From Antechinus flavipes (taxonomy: Eukaryota): DNA of 64,000 nt. Positions 23,049 through 36,035 of this stretch are shown piece after piece. The notes under the pieces are model-generated. The model ran no database searches. It saw nothing but the letters and a program-made list of their open reading frames with translations, and had not been told where the DNA came from. The stretch lies in the NCBI RefSeq assembly GCF_016432865.1, contig NC_067402.1, positions 16,368,001 to 16,432,000 of the forward strand, in the 5' to 3' direction. A program made the translations under genes and the position numbers. How positions within the stretch are numbered: the first letter of the stretch is position 1; every line of letters begins with the position of its first letter.

Positions 23049-24093
23049 CTATGGGGTCTTTCTCGGGAGAGGGTTTGCTGCTCTCCGAGGGAGCGGGGGA
23101 CAGTTCCTCCGCGGCGGAGGACGACGCCTGTCCCTCTTCCTCCGCAGCCTGGGATCCACAAGCTAAGGCCGTAGGCGGAGGCGACTCAAGGGAGCTCTCC
23201 TTCCTGGCCGCCTCGGCCGAGACCGAAGCGAGAGCGGACGGCGAGTCGAAACGAACTTGGGGCTGCTGGGGGAAAGGGGAAGCGCCCAGCTGCGCCCCCG
23301 GGGCTGCTGCGGCCGCCGCCGCCGCCGCCGCGCTATAGCTCTTGGAGCTGCCGGTGCCATAGGCTTGAGATAGGCGGAAATAGCCCGGGACCGGCACGCC
23401 ACCACCCCCTCCCCCGCCGCCGCCCCCGCCGCCGCCGCTGTTGAGGGCACAGACCTCGGGAGGGCCCCGCGGGGGGAAGGTGGCTAGCTCCGGGGCCGTT
23501 GAACTTTTGGGGCATTTGTCGGAATCATAGAGACAATAAGAGTTCTCCTCTTTGATGTTCTGAGCGAAGGAGCAAGAGGTCGCCTGCTGCTGCGCTGGCT
23601 GCTGCGGCGGCTGCTGGTGGTGGTGGTGATTCTGGGGCTGCTGCTGGTTCTGGGACTGGGGCTGCTGGTTCTGCTGGGGCTGCGGCTGCTGGGGCTGCGG
23701 CTGGTGATTCGGGGGCGGCGGCCCGTCCGCTTGCTCCATCCGACACGACCTGGGGCCGTCTAGCCAGACCTCCATGCCCGACATGTAGGGGTGCGACGAG
23801 GGCACCATGCCCCCGGGCGAGCCTCCTCCTTCATTGCGTTTGCTCAGGACCGGGAAAAGCCCGCAGCTTTGCAGCCCGTAGGACAGCTCGGAAGCCTGTG
23901 GCAGGTAGTGAGAGTAGTAGCCGCCGCCGCCGCCGCCGCTGCCGCCGCCGCCGCCGCCACCGCCACCGCCTTCCCCTCTGCCCGAGCTGATCAGCGAATC
24001 CACCAAAAAAGAGTTCGCGGCCGGGCTCTCGGAGCATGACATTGCTGTGGGATAATTTGGCGAAGGGAGCAGATAGCCCTTTCTGGCTGACAT
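23049..24093 (-). CDS. HOXA10: Homeobox A10, exon 1 (1045 nt; joined protein 439 aa; second in-frame ATG at 24042)
   Basis: MSARKGYLLPSPNYPTAMSCSESPAANSFLVDSLIS...SFAQNIKEENSYCLYD...VPVPGYFRLSQAY...SPEKDPI. Donor G|GTAAGT at 23049/23048, phase 1. Confidence 0.97.
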
Positions 24094-24290
24094 TTCTTGT
24101 ACAAAACATGCTGAATAGGGTTAGAGATCCCCCCGCACCTCGGCGAGCTCCCGCAGCCAATGAAGAGCCAGGGTTTCCCAGCGACCCCTCCCAGTTTGGT
24201 TTCGTAGGCGCTGTGCTGGTCTCAGGTCGACCTCTGAATTGAGAATTTATATAAATATGTAATGTATATTGATGGGCCTTGAGACACACG
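24094..24290 (-). promoter_or_regulatory. HOXA10 proximal promoter and 5'UTR
   Basis: CCAAT box near 24157, AT-rich TATATAAA at 24253-24246 on the minus strand, leader TATTCAGCATGTTTTGTACAAGAA-ATG. Confidence 0.6.
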
Positions 24291-27200
24291 CCCCAACACC
24301 TAAGGCTGGGGCTCGGGACTCTGGGGGCGCGATCTCCACCAGGATTTTGGACTAGCCACCGGATCCCTCCTTCCCCAAGTCGTGCACCCCATTTTCATGG
24401 CGGGAGGGGGGACTAAGCTCATCTCTGTGGCGCTCCTGGGCCTTGATATCAGATAGTAAACAAGTGGGGTGTTTATGACGCCTCCGACCTAGCGCTATCC
24501 GGGAGCCCGAGTCTGCCCTAGGCGTGTTCCAAAAATCTCTCTCCGGATAAAGCATATGTGAGCCGACTTAAATAAAAGTACATACCATGTCCCTTGCCCT
24601 TTCTCCCTTTTTCAAATTTTAATGGGGGGGCCGGTCAAATCAATAAGCCTCCCAGTATTTTCTAGCCCTTCTATTTCTCTCTCTGCCCCGCTTAGGGGGC
24701 AAAAGAGACCTTGGCCGAGGTTTGGCGTTAAATTCTTGAGGAATTAGTTGTCCCCAGAGCATTAGGCTAGCTCGGGACCCAAATGTCAGTTCTAGTCCAA
24801 AGCAGGCTCTGAGAATACTGGCAACTCGGGCGGGGCCCGGCAGAGAAGTGAATAGAGGCGCCTCGGGCCGAGGCGAGGAGCCGGGGAACTAACGAAGGAG
24901 GGAACGAAAGAGAAAGGAGCCTGGCTCCTCAGGCTCCCAGAGAACGGGTACACCTCGCCCGCAATCGGGGGCATCTGGCTGGCTCCCTGCCCCGGGAGCT
25001 CCCCTCCTCTCGTTTTGGTTTCTCCTGTAAGGGAAGGCGCGGAGACTCTCCCTCCTCTCGGATCCAGCCCCAGCGTCTGGGGCTCCGCCGCCCTCGTTCG
25101 GTTTCCTAACCTCAGCGGCTCCACTGCTCGGTCTCGGCCGCTTTTGTTTTAATCGATTGGCTATGATTACGATTATTTCCAGAATTTCTTTAGGGCACTG
25201 GATGCAAACAATCTCTAGGATCCCTTTCCCTTCCGGCTCTGACGTTCTGGGATTGCAGTCTTTGAAAAGGTCTACCTCGAAAGCTCACAGAAGGCAGCAT
25301 TAAATATCTGGGCCCGGGACCGAGAGGCTGCAAGGAAAGATCAGGGCCGCCGGCTGCCCGGCTTTGGCATTGGCCTGGCGGCTTCTCGGTTTCCCCCCTT
25401 TCCGGGATTCTCGCACAGTGGGCAGAGGGAGGCTAGCCAGCCGGGAAAGGCTGTGGTGCTCATGAAGGTGACACAAGGCGATTAGAGACACAAAGCTGAC
25501 GAGCCTAACAATTCTCAGTTCATCAGGACCTTTCACAGCCCAGCTCCGCCGATAAAAAGCCAATTTTCCCAAATAAAACTAAACTCAAATTCTACTCCTT
25601 CCCTCCTCCCCACGCCCGTTCTTATCCCCAGGCTGCTCCTTCCCCATCAGTGCAGCACTCCAGAGGGAGCAAAATGGGGATAAGGGACGTAAGGACGGGG
25701 TGAAGAAGAAAAGGGGATCCCTAGGACGGAGGAAACACTGGCCTCCAGACTGAACACGGTTCTCTTCCCCTGCCTTTAGCCTTGGCTTTCACACAATCCC
25801 GGAGGATGACAAGAATCAGTGTCACTGCTAGCCCCCCCTTCCTGCTTCTCGGTTTCCCCCTTCCCTTTAACCTTCTCCATCTCCCCCCTCCCCCAAGACT
25901 CCCTCCCTCCAAACCCCATCGATCTGTCAGCCGTTTGGATATTTTAACGTGGGTCTCAGTTGAGGAAATTCCCTCCTAGGTTGTGACAGGCTCCAGGACA
26001 AGCTATTTGGGGAGTGGGCCGGTCAAGCATCAGGGCAGCCGGGACGGCTTTCTAAAGGAGGGGCCGCCCCTGAGCCTCCTCCTCCCTCTTCCTCCCCATT
26101 TTGGAGGGTCCCTCCGCGCCAACTGTAAACGCCAGGGTATGGGAGAGGTTGTCACAACTTTCCGCAGTCCCATAAAAGGTTTATGGAAAGGAGACGTTCT
26201 CCGGGTGCGATCAAATGGACCCCGGGAAGTGGCTGTCTTTATAACCCGGAGCCAGGCCCAGGCCCAGGCAGTCGGCTCGGGTTTTGTGCCTTCCCTGGCC
26301 TTCCTGCTTCTCGAACCATGTCTCACTCTCCTGAGCCTCCCTCTCTTTATCGTCGCCCCCAACTCTTTCCTCTATGTTCCCAGAAAATCCCCCCTCCAGC
26401 CTATACCTCCTGTGGGTCCCCCCCCCCCATTTGCTGGCTAACCTACAAGGCTTCTCCTGCGCCAGAGAGCTCTCAGTGCAATGAAACTCGAGCTCTCGGC
26501 CCACGCTCCAGATCCTTTCTCAGCCCACAGCAGGTATAAAGCTGGGCCCCCTGGGGCTCGGCTCGGCTAGCCGGGCCGCGGCCAAAGGAAGGCCCGAGCT
26601 CGGCCTCACCCAGGCCTCTTTGCCGATGTGCAGCACGGCTCTGGGAGGAAGCCCTCAGAGCGGCCAAGGCCAGAGGCCAGAGGGGCCCTAGCAGCCACAG
26701 CTCCTGAGCTGGCCAGAGGAGAAACGGGATAGGGATCTGGCTGCCCGACCAGGCCCTGAGCTTCTTTCCCTCCTGCCTCCTCGAGGAGTGCAGAAGCCTA
26801 AGTTTCTGGTCCAGACAGAGACAGGGGCGCCCCCCATGTCCCCCACCTTCCCGGTTGCCAGTCTCTGAGTTTCATCGGTTACACTTCATGTTCCAGGTGG
26901 TGGGTGCTGCAGCTGGACCCAGGAAAGGATGCAAGGAAAAAAAAAAGAAGGGCAGGGAGGAAGGAAGGCAAGAAAAAGGATCGGCAGCCACGGGCCTCTC
27001 GCCCTGGCGCAGGGGCTGAGTCTGGGGCTAGGGCTGGGCCACTGAGGGTCAGTTTCGTGGCGTCTGGAGAGGGAGATCATGAACCCGCCGCCGCCGCCGG
27101 TTAGCTGGCCCGGCGGATTCCTTCCCTAGCTCACAAGGCCAAGGCAAACGGCAGCCTAGCTCATCGGAGGCGGCCGAGGTAAACCCGTCACAGACGTTTC

Positions 27201-30200
27201 TGGAGGAATTAGGGGGGATCCCTACCCGCACTCCCAGAACCTGGTGAATCGACTCCTTGCCCAGGTGCCTCATCCCACATATCCTTGCCCTTACCAGATC
27301 ACTTGCTGCCTGCTGCTCGGGCCAGCCTACCCCTGGCCACGCTAGGCCTTGGGGAAATAAAAGGGAAAATAAAAAAGAGCCATAGGGTCAAAGAAGAGAA
27401 TATGTAGAATTTGCGTGCACCCCCTTCATCTCCAGGAGCAAAAAATCCCGAGCCTCAAGATTAAGAAGTCCAGTCTATTCAGGGAGACCGAAGTGGGTAA
27501 AGAGCATGGGCAGCTACAGGGGCGGCAGACTTCCCTCCTCACTCTTGCAGTGGGAAGCTGTTAAATGCATCAACTTAAGGCGCTGAGGTTCCCCCCCAGC
27601 TCGCTAATCTTTGGGTAAACCTAAATTCACTAACTCTCAGAGCAAATCTGCTTCTTCTTCTTCTTCTTTTTTTTTTTTTTAATGCTAAGAATCTGTTTTT
27701 TGAATATGGGCTTTTCCTGCTCTTGGGAGAAGTGCTTTCTCAAGGTAAAAAAACAAAACAAAACAGGGGGGAAAACCTTCATTCCAGCCCAACCCCAATA
27801 CCGAAGTAAAGAGCTTTGAGATTGCTACTGAAAATTCAAGCGGCTGAGACAACCGCTGGAGCCGCTTAGCCAGAAACGGGAGAAAATCCCGTACGGTCCC
27901 CATTGTCTTTAGCGAACTTTCCCCCAAAAGAGAATGTCATGTGCTCCCCTATTTTAGAGTTCTCTGTCTGTCACTTGTCAGGACTCTGTGGAAGAGCCAA
28001 ATGGGTTTCTTGGTCTGGATCGATTCCAAAGTAGGCGGCTCCCCGACTCTCCCTCCCTGTTGCAGCCTAGTGCCAACGGAGGGGACAAATGACTAGCTCG
28101 CTAATTTTCATCTTTACTAGAATACTTTCATGCTGGGTAAAGGGACCCTGGCTGGGAGAGGAGGGGAGAAGCAATTCCCTACAAATGAACAATGCAACAG
28201 TGATTCCTACAAGGTAGATGCCTTTACCCATGGCCTTGTGTACTTGCATTGTAATAAATGTATTTGAAACCATTGCATCGCAATAAATATGTTGCATATA
28301 TTTGTTTTTCTTTTCTCCCTAATATGACGCAGCACTGCATTATTTATATCAGAATAAAATCAGAGATCCAGTTCCATCCCATATGCTAGATATAATAAGT
28401 CAGCATGTTATATTCTCTACAGCAAATTTATTATTTATTTCAAAAGTATACATTTGTCCAATGAAAAGATCCATACCTGCACACAGTCAAACAGCCACAT
28501 ATACTGGGGAACCGATGCATTAGGACACGTTTTAGATTATAAAATATGGATTCTGCAGCTGCAGCAGAAGCTCAAGTTAAACACCAAAATTTCCCTCCTT
28601 CTCTCTCCACCTCCCCTTCCCCCCACTATGGCTGTATACCTGGACTTTATCCTAAGATCATTCCATTTGATAACATAATGTTACCTTCATCAAGAAAACA
28701 TTTCTCCAAACAACCATCTTTCCCCAATGCGTTTTAATAAGGAGCAGAAATATCCAGTTGGAGTTATGGTTCCTGTCATCTCGACCCGCTACTTCCTACC
28801 TTTCTATTTCGCTAGTTTAAAACGTTTTTGACCGAAACGGATGCTTTCTCTGGATCCTTAAGCCCGAGCCCTGTGGCCTCCCCAACTCCAAGCTTTGATT
28901 CTATGGCCCTGATTGCACTCGATGTCCCTGACATATTAGAGAGGCCTGGCCCTCCTCTGGGAGCTTTCTTTGAGACACCCTGGATATTTTCTACCTCCAG
29001 AAAAACATCCCTTTGACCCTATTTTGAATTTTCCTTCCAAAAGGGACCAGTTATATACGAGCAGAAATAACAAACGATTATTGCAAGAAGCAAGCTTGTT
29101 TTGTTTTGTTTTGTTTTTCAATTGAGTTCCTGGGCTGATCCCCTTCGTAAACTGTTTGTATTTACAGGACGCAGGGGCGGATGTTAGGACGCCCCGATTT
29201 TTTTCTAGCAATGTTGGGGCCTGCAAAAAATAAACACGATTTCCACAATTTCTCGGGTTGCCTAAATCACGAAGCCTGGAATCCAGTCACTAGCTTTCCC
29301 GAGATCGCTGCACTTATTTTAGAAGCATTTTTCGTCAGCAATGACGTCTTTTTCACGTTTATCTCAGATAAGGGTAACAACATTTCCTATTTAGTCTCCC
29401 TGAACTCAGGCGGTAGATGTACCCTTTGCTTTAAACGATCTCTATCGAAATTTTGCTTTCTCCAGAAACCCAGCCACGCCAGCCATCACTGGCTTTCCAG
29501 GAGCCTTTTCATCCAACTCAGAGGTGGCTGGTCGTCTCTCCTGCCCATTCTAAATGGCCTTTCACTCTCCTTGAAGGGGTAGGCCCAGGCAGGAAAAATG
29601 AAAGCCCCTGGAGTCCAAGTCCCCAAAGAGCCAGATTCACCCGAAGTCTCGGCCTAATTCGGTGGTACTCGATAGTGAAAGAATTTCTGATATTCGGATA
29701 TATTTCTGAATTTAGAAAATGGAGAGCAAAAAAGCGAGCTAAGTGAATCCTTTTACCCATTATTGCATGCTCCAGAGACTGGGCCTGTTTTATGAAAATA
29801 GCAAATAGGAATGAAACTAAAAAAAATTGAAAAAAAGATATAAATATATATGGAGACAGAGACAGAGACAGCGAGACAGAGACAGAACGTGAGAAGGAGG
29901 GAGTTAGAGGGAGTGAGAGAGAGGGCAATGTGGCCCAGAACAAAATATAAATGATTTATGTCTACTTAAATCTAGTTTTATGAAAACCCTGATGTAAAGA
30001 TTACATGATCAGAGTTCACGCACAATGCAAGCTTTTGCAAATGCGTATTTACCAATAGCGCTCCCCAATTCTGCTAGTGCAGAAATCTGAATCTGCTCGT
30101 TCTCCAGCGGCCTTCCCTCTCTCGAACAAAGGTCTCTCACCAGGCCACCCTGCGAATTAGGGAGCAGCGCAGAGTGGGGGGGACTGGCCGTTTTGCAGAA

Positions 30201-30626
30201 TACACAGCAAAACGTTCCAGCGAGGAAATGAGCCATCTGACTCTGCCCGAATTCGAGATTGCAACCGGCAAAACTTTGAGAGAGAGAGAGACCTCGCCTC
30301 ACAAAACACCACACAATTGCGACTCTGCGAAAATGACCTTATTATTATAGGGTCCCGTCACACTTGCCCGCTTCTCCAGACAGCTGGACCGAGGTTGTGA
30401 CGGAACAAGCCAGATAGACAATCGCCTCTAAGGAGAAAAACGCTCAAGCCTGAGTTGAATCTTCAACTTTTAGAATGGGTCCGTGCTCTGTCTCTTTCCA
30501 GCCGGGGGACCTTGAACCTAAAGCTCGGAACTCGGCACAGTGATCACCAAGCCTGACCAAAGCTTCCGAGCCGGTTCCCAAAAGACACCACCTGAGACTC
30601 GACCCTTCCAACTTGTGGGCACTTAC

Positions 30627-30720
30627 CTTGAGGGGCTTCCTAAGGCACTGCCCATCGCTTCCGCTGGCTCGCCCTTGCCGGCCTCTCGCCTGTGTGGAGG
30701 GGGGTGTATTTAAATGCGAT
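30627..30720 (-). other. HOXA10: Probable alternative upstream first exon of HOXA10
   Basis: Perfect donor CAAG|GTAAGT (30627/30626), ATTTAAAT TATA-like motif near 30710, CpG-rich context about 6.5 kb upstream of the HOXA10 ATG, similar to the position of the eutherian variant-2 exon (recall). Confidence 0.5.
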
Positions 30721-30880
30721 TAGCAACCTATCTCGAGGACCCCCTTTTGCGACCGGGATCAGGGGAAAGTGAGATAATTTTAACGTGCTTCTCCTAGGAT
30801 CTGAAGGGAACAAAGGCCAAGCCAGCTTCTTGCAGGGCTCGGAGGCTCCCACGGCGGCGGCTTTGACATTGATCGGAAGC

Positions 30881-30896
30881 GCGCCACCTTGTGGCC
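30881..30896 (-). promoter_or_regulatory. CTCF motif between HOXA10 and HOXA11
   Basis: Minus strand GGCCACAAGGTGGCGC, 13/14 to the core consensus. Confidence 0.65.
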
Positions 30897-31029
30897 GCCG
30901 GGCGTCTAGGCCTGAGCGCGAGTCCCCTGTTTTCAAAGACGGCTCTCTCTCGTAAAGAGATGCTGGAGAAGGAGCCCAGACCGCTGCTATTCAGATCTAA
31001 TTTTTACATCTAAGAAATTGCTTCAAAAC

Positions 31030-31140
31030 CTCGGCTGGGTTTATAGCAGACCATTCCAAATATGCAAATCGGCCAGTCACGGACGGGTTTATGACCACAT
31101 TGTCACAGCAACCAAGAGGATGTGATTTTTATTGGGCCAG
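31030..31140. promoter_or_regulatory. Candidate enhancer with octamer and HOX/CDX sites
   Basis: ATGCAAAT at 31062-31069, TTTATGAC and TGATTTTTATTGG within about 100 bp. Confidence 0.4.
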
Positions 31141-32666
31141 GAAATCAAATCCTCCGAGCAGGGAGCAGCTCCAGGCCTCGACTCTCTAGCAACTTGCAGC
31201 GAATTTCAGTTAATTTTTAACTAGCAAGAGAAGGAAGTCCCTGCTCTCAGCCCGGGGGTGCAGATTCCTCCTCCCTCCTCTTTCCCTCCCCCGACATCCC
31301 CCCCACATCTCACCCTCCTCCTCTCCCCCACCCCCCATCATTCATCAATATCCTGTTCTTTCTGTCTGTGTGTCTGTCTGCTTCATTTCCTCGACAGGCA
31401 TCCCTCTGTCTGTCTGGTAGACTTTTCAACCTACATCCAGCAGGCCTTACCAGTCAGATAAACAAACAAACTGACCCAGGCTCCCCTTCCTCACTCTCAG
31501 ATTATATCCCTCTCCCCAGGGCCAGACGCCCGCCTGCCTGGGTGGGTGGGTGGGGTTGAGGGGGTGGGGTGGTCAACAAAAGGTCCTGGCTGGTTCGCCC
31601 TTCACCTCAAGGTTATGGGTGATGTCCAAAGCAATATAGAAGTTCAAAGCCAGCAAACAATGAGAAAAGTGGGCTACTTTCTCCCCCCAAAAAAAAATCC
31701 CCAAGAAAATGGGAAGGAATAAAATAGGAAAAATCTCCCTTGTATACTAGTGGAAAGGAATCCCACCTTGGAAGGTTCCCCAAGCACTGCCTTCAGCCCG
31801 GTCCTTCATTTTCACACATTTTGCCTCCTGATGTACCTCAAAACTATTTCGGGGCCCACTGTTTGATGGCGTTCTTGGACCAGGGCACCACAAATTTAAT
31901 TCCCCACTACCCCACCCTTGAGCTTGGCCCAGAGAAGCTTAGAAGGTGAAAAGGATGGAGTCTGATCTGAAGACCAGTTCTGAGAAGCACCCCAACTCTC
32001 TGCTATTAGAGGCCCCGACTTCATTCTAATCTGCTTTGGCCAAGGTGTTGGAGACTCTGGGGACGGACTCTTAGCCTAGTGACCTCTTTTAAATCCCTAC
32101 CCTTCCAAGATCTATTTCCTTCAAATCTTTTCATCTGAAGCCTGGGGAGCTCTTGGGATGAACAACGACAATAACAACCTAATTCTCTTCATTCAGTGGA
32201 TAGTGAGTGGGATCAGGGTTGTTGTTGTTGTTGTTTTTCTTGTTCCCTATTTGTGGGTGATTTGATTCCAGGTATTTGGCGATGGGAATCCGTCAGGGAG
32301 AGGAATGTCACAAACCAGCATGAATATTATAAAGTTTCCACTTTTTTTTATTTTCCTTGTGCCCCGTTGCAGTGTATACATGCAGCCCAATACGTTGGCA
32401 CACGAAAAGAACACTGTACATACATAGAGACAATACATTTCTCAAAACAGTGATGGAATATGAAGATACTGCATCTCATTGAATCGTGGTAAAGAAGGAC
32501 ACGACCCCGTTTGGTAAGCTAATCGTTTTCCAATTCGTTTGTAGGTCCCCCCTACTTTGCACAAGTTTGATAAGCCCCTTCCCTCCCCCCTTTCCGAAGG
32601 CAATCACCTCTTCCCAAATTAAAATATGTTTTAAAAAAGTATTCAAACAAAATAGGTTATGGTTTC

Positions 32667-32672
32667 TTTATT
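32667..32672 (-). terminator. HOXA11 polyadenylation signal
   Basis: AATAAA on the minus strand within CTTGTAAATAAAGA, about 1.5 kb after the stop. Confidence 0.6.
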
Positions 32673-32953
32673 TACAAGTCTTGTAAAACACTGTTCCTGT
32701 ATGAAACATACATTCAAAATTCTCACCAGTAAATTAACCTCGCCATGAACATCGCTCCTTTTGTAAACAGATATAGAATCTTAAATATTTTTTTCATTCT
32801 TCCTTTGTCTTTAAATTGCATTTTTTTTCCATCGCTTTGGTTCCTGCAGGGAAATATATATATCTCTATAGACTATTTCTTTTTTAAAATAATTGCGGAC
32901 AACTCTCCTTTCCTGGTGGATTTCGGACAAAGCTTTTTAGGACGCGGAATGGT

Positions 32954-32955
<2 letters not shown>

Positions 32956-32995
<40 letters not shown>
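32956..32995. repeat. (CA)n microsatellite in the HOXA11 3'UTR
   Basis: Visible CA run. Confidence 0.95.
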
Positions 32996-32996
<1 letters not shown>

Positions 32997-34185
32997 CTGG
33001 AGGGGAGAAAACAGAACGCGAGTATTTACATTGTCTGCCTGCTCTGCCCGGTCGCGAAATTCCTGCTTCCCTCCCTCCCTTCGCAAACAACACTGGATGA
33101 AAGGGCTTTTAATGATCCGATGTCAGTGCATTGCACAAATCCACGTTTCAATTAAGTGTTGGGTAGGATTTGCCAAACTCGCTCTCCACAGGTATTTCCT
33201 GAAGAAAGTTTTGGGGAGTCAGAAACAGCCTGTAAGGGAATTAGTTTTTTTTCTCTCCCTTCTCCCTCTGATCCATTGTTGAAGTTCAGGGGCTCAGCCC
33301 CAGCCCCCGGAAGGGCTCTTTCCCGCGTGGCTATTTCCCCGCTACAAAGCTCAGAGCCTCTCCAGGTAGGCAGAGGGCTAGGGCTGCCGGGATAGTATTG
33401 TTTTCCCGAAGGGATCCGGCGAGTCGGTACCTGAAATCTTTCAGAAACATTTCCAAAGCGTTCTCTCTCGTTTGCCTCTTTTCGCATAGGCTTTTGGAGA
33501 GAGCAGTCTGTCTTCCATTCTATCAAGGGGGAGCGGGCCCTGCTCTGACCGAAGAATCTCCTTCCTTCGGTCCCCTATCCCTTCTTTTCCCTCCTCCTCC
33601 TCCTCCTCCTCTTCCCAAAGTCTGCAGTTTGCTCGTGGTGGTGTGTTGTTGATTTTTGCTTTTTCTTTCCAAGTTTGATTTCGCACTAGTCCTCACTGCA
33701 TATCCTGGGTCTTAGAGCACCCCCTTCTAACCCAGATCAGCCATCCTGCACTGGGGCCCAAGCAAAGGGACCTACAGCTAGGTGTGGAGACCCCTTTTGT
33801 CCTATGCCTACGTTTGGAAACTAAGGAGCCAGTCTGCTCCTTGCCCGGGTGCAGGATCTGTCACAGTAAAAGGTAAAAGCTCCTCCCTGGGGCATGGGGT
33901 GGCCCAAATCCTCCGAGTAAGGGCCACAGAGGTCCCAATGGAATGGATTCCAGTTGATGTGGCAATAGGAAAATCCCCTTCTCCATAATAACGCCCCAAC
34001 CCCAGCGAGGCAGTCCAGGGCGCTGTTCTGGCTTGTGAACCCCCCAGTTCCCTCTGTCCCTCGGTTCCACACCTTCTTCCTGAAAAGTCACCGTGTGGCT
34101 TGACCTTGTCAAGGGCGAAATCTGAGTTTAATCTCCTCTTGGAAAAAAAAAAAGCCCCACGAAGCTCCGAAAGCGGGACGGAGTC

Positions 34186-34418
34186 TTAGAGCAGCGGGTT
34201 GGCAGAGTAGTACTGTAATCGGTCTCTGTTAATTTTTTTTTCTTTCATGCGTCTGTTCTGAAACCAGATTTTGACTTGGCGGTCGGTCAGGTTGAGCATG
34301 CGAGAGAGCTGGAGGCGCTTCTCCTTATTAATATAGACACTGAAGAAGAATTCTCTCTCGAGTTCCCGAATCTGATATTTTGTGTAGGGGCAACGTTTTT
34401 TCCGGGTCCGTTGGCCAC
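34186..34418 (-). CDS. HOXA11: Homeobox A11, exon 2 (homeodomain); not shown in the ORF track
   Basis: Acceptor TTCCACAG|GT at 34419/34418. Hand translation (S)[79 protein letters not shown] at 34188-34186. Confidence 0.98.
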
Positions 34419-35599
34419 CTGTGGAATGAGAGAAGGTAGAGAGAGGGAGGTTGAGGCCGGAGAGAGGGATGGCCTTGAGATTTACATTTAACTCCTTAAC
34501 TCGAGGAACACGAGCTTGGGGGCTGGGACTCCCAGCACCTTTGGGCTAGGCACTCCCTCTGCCTTCCCTCTCCTGGGATGTCTCGGCTACCAGACGGCTC
34601 CTGACACCTTCTTGCCCTTCTCCAACCCACCTCATCTCTCTGGCCCAAAGGCGGGCGGAGCTAGGGGCTAATTTCTGCAGCAGCCTGGCCGAGGAGCCGA
34701 GCTCCCCTCATACAACCCCAGGCAGAGCCCAGATAAAAGTCTCCTTTAAGCCGGGCCGGCCCCAGATGAAGTTAACACGCCAGCCTCCAGATCAGAAACG
34801 CATGTTCTCCCAAGCAACAGGCTGCAGTGGCTGAAGCTTTTAAAGCCAGCCGGGGCTCCCCCGAAGCTCTCACAGCTCGGATAGACTAAACAAACAGCTC
34901 ACGGCAATTTCACCTCCTAACCCTGGGGGTAACTTTCCTTGCTTCCCCGGGCACAATGAGCCATCCCTCATCCCAATCTCTCTAGTGGCCGTGGCTGTTG
35001 GGCTTGGATTTGGCAAACCATCTCCGTTTTAGCTTTTCCCTTCTTTGTCAGAGGCTAATAATGCTCCTCGAGGCTAGTCTTGGCCAGTCCAACCCGCCTC
35101 GTAGCCTACCTTTGCTTAAAAGCAATGGCTTCTGGGCATCCTGTTCTCTTCCCTCCCAAACAATCTCCCCGAGATTAGAGCCAACGCTCCTTTCCTCTCC
35201 GAGGTCCCCTTTTGCAGGTAGCGCGGAGGGGATAGAGGGTGGGAGACAGAGCCCAGTTCCTCAAAGCTTTGGCAAGCTTGGTCTTAAAGAGAGGTTGAGG
35301 GGAGAGGGGAAAAAAACCCACAGACATAAAAAACCCCCTTCTGACAGATTGAATAACAATTGCGAGGAGGAACACGCCGCCGGACAGAAGGCGGCCAGTA
35401 ATTGCCACAGTGCCTGAGTAAAACGGCTTCCTTTGGACAAAAAGGCCAGCTTTGGGTTAATTTGTTTCTTTCTAATATATTGCTAGCGTGGGCCGCGAGG
35501 ACTGAGCTGGCTGGGCAGCCCAGCTCCCTCTGTCTCTCTCTCTCTCAGGCGGTGCTTACACATCAGCCCTGCCTTTGAATGGGGGCCCCTAACTAGACT

Positions 35600-35970
35600 C
35601 TGGGCGCAACACATGGCTTTTATAAAAAGCGCTGGATTACCTCGGTATCAAAGGCTCCGAGTTCTCTTTCGGGGGTGAATTTACAGGCGCTCCCCCCTCT
35701 CCTTCCCCCCTTCCCGAGGGCTGACCCCGGAGCGGGAGCCGGGGCTCTGGGCGGCTGCCTGGGGGGTGAGGGGTGGGAAAAAAAAAGAATCGGGTGGGTG
35801 CTTTTCTTTCCTTTTTTTTTCAGGCCTCCATTGGCCGGTGGGTATTTCACGGCCAATTTCAGCCCTCGCCACGTGATCGCGCCTTTTTATAACAAAGTTT
35901 TGTTGGGGGAAATCTAAGGGCCCTTCATAAACCTTATATGCTTATAAAACAGCATATAAAAATTTAACAG
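35600..35970. promoter_or_regulatory. HOXA11 intronic enhancer or antisense promoter with HOX13-type sites
   Basis: TTTTATAAAAA near 35618, TTTTTATAAC near 35884, CTTATAAAA and CATATAAAAA at 35941-35962, two CCAAT boxes (35830-35834, 35853-35857) and CACGTG at 35870-35875. Confidence 0.6.
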
Positions 35971-36035
35971 CGGGGCTGCGCTACATTTCCAAGTCCCCTC
36001 TCGGAGAGCGCGCGGGGCGCTGCCTTTATACCTAC

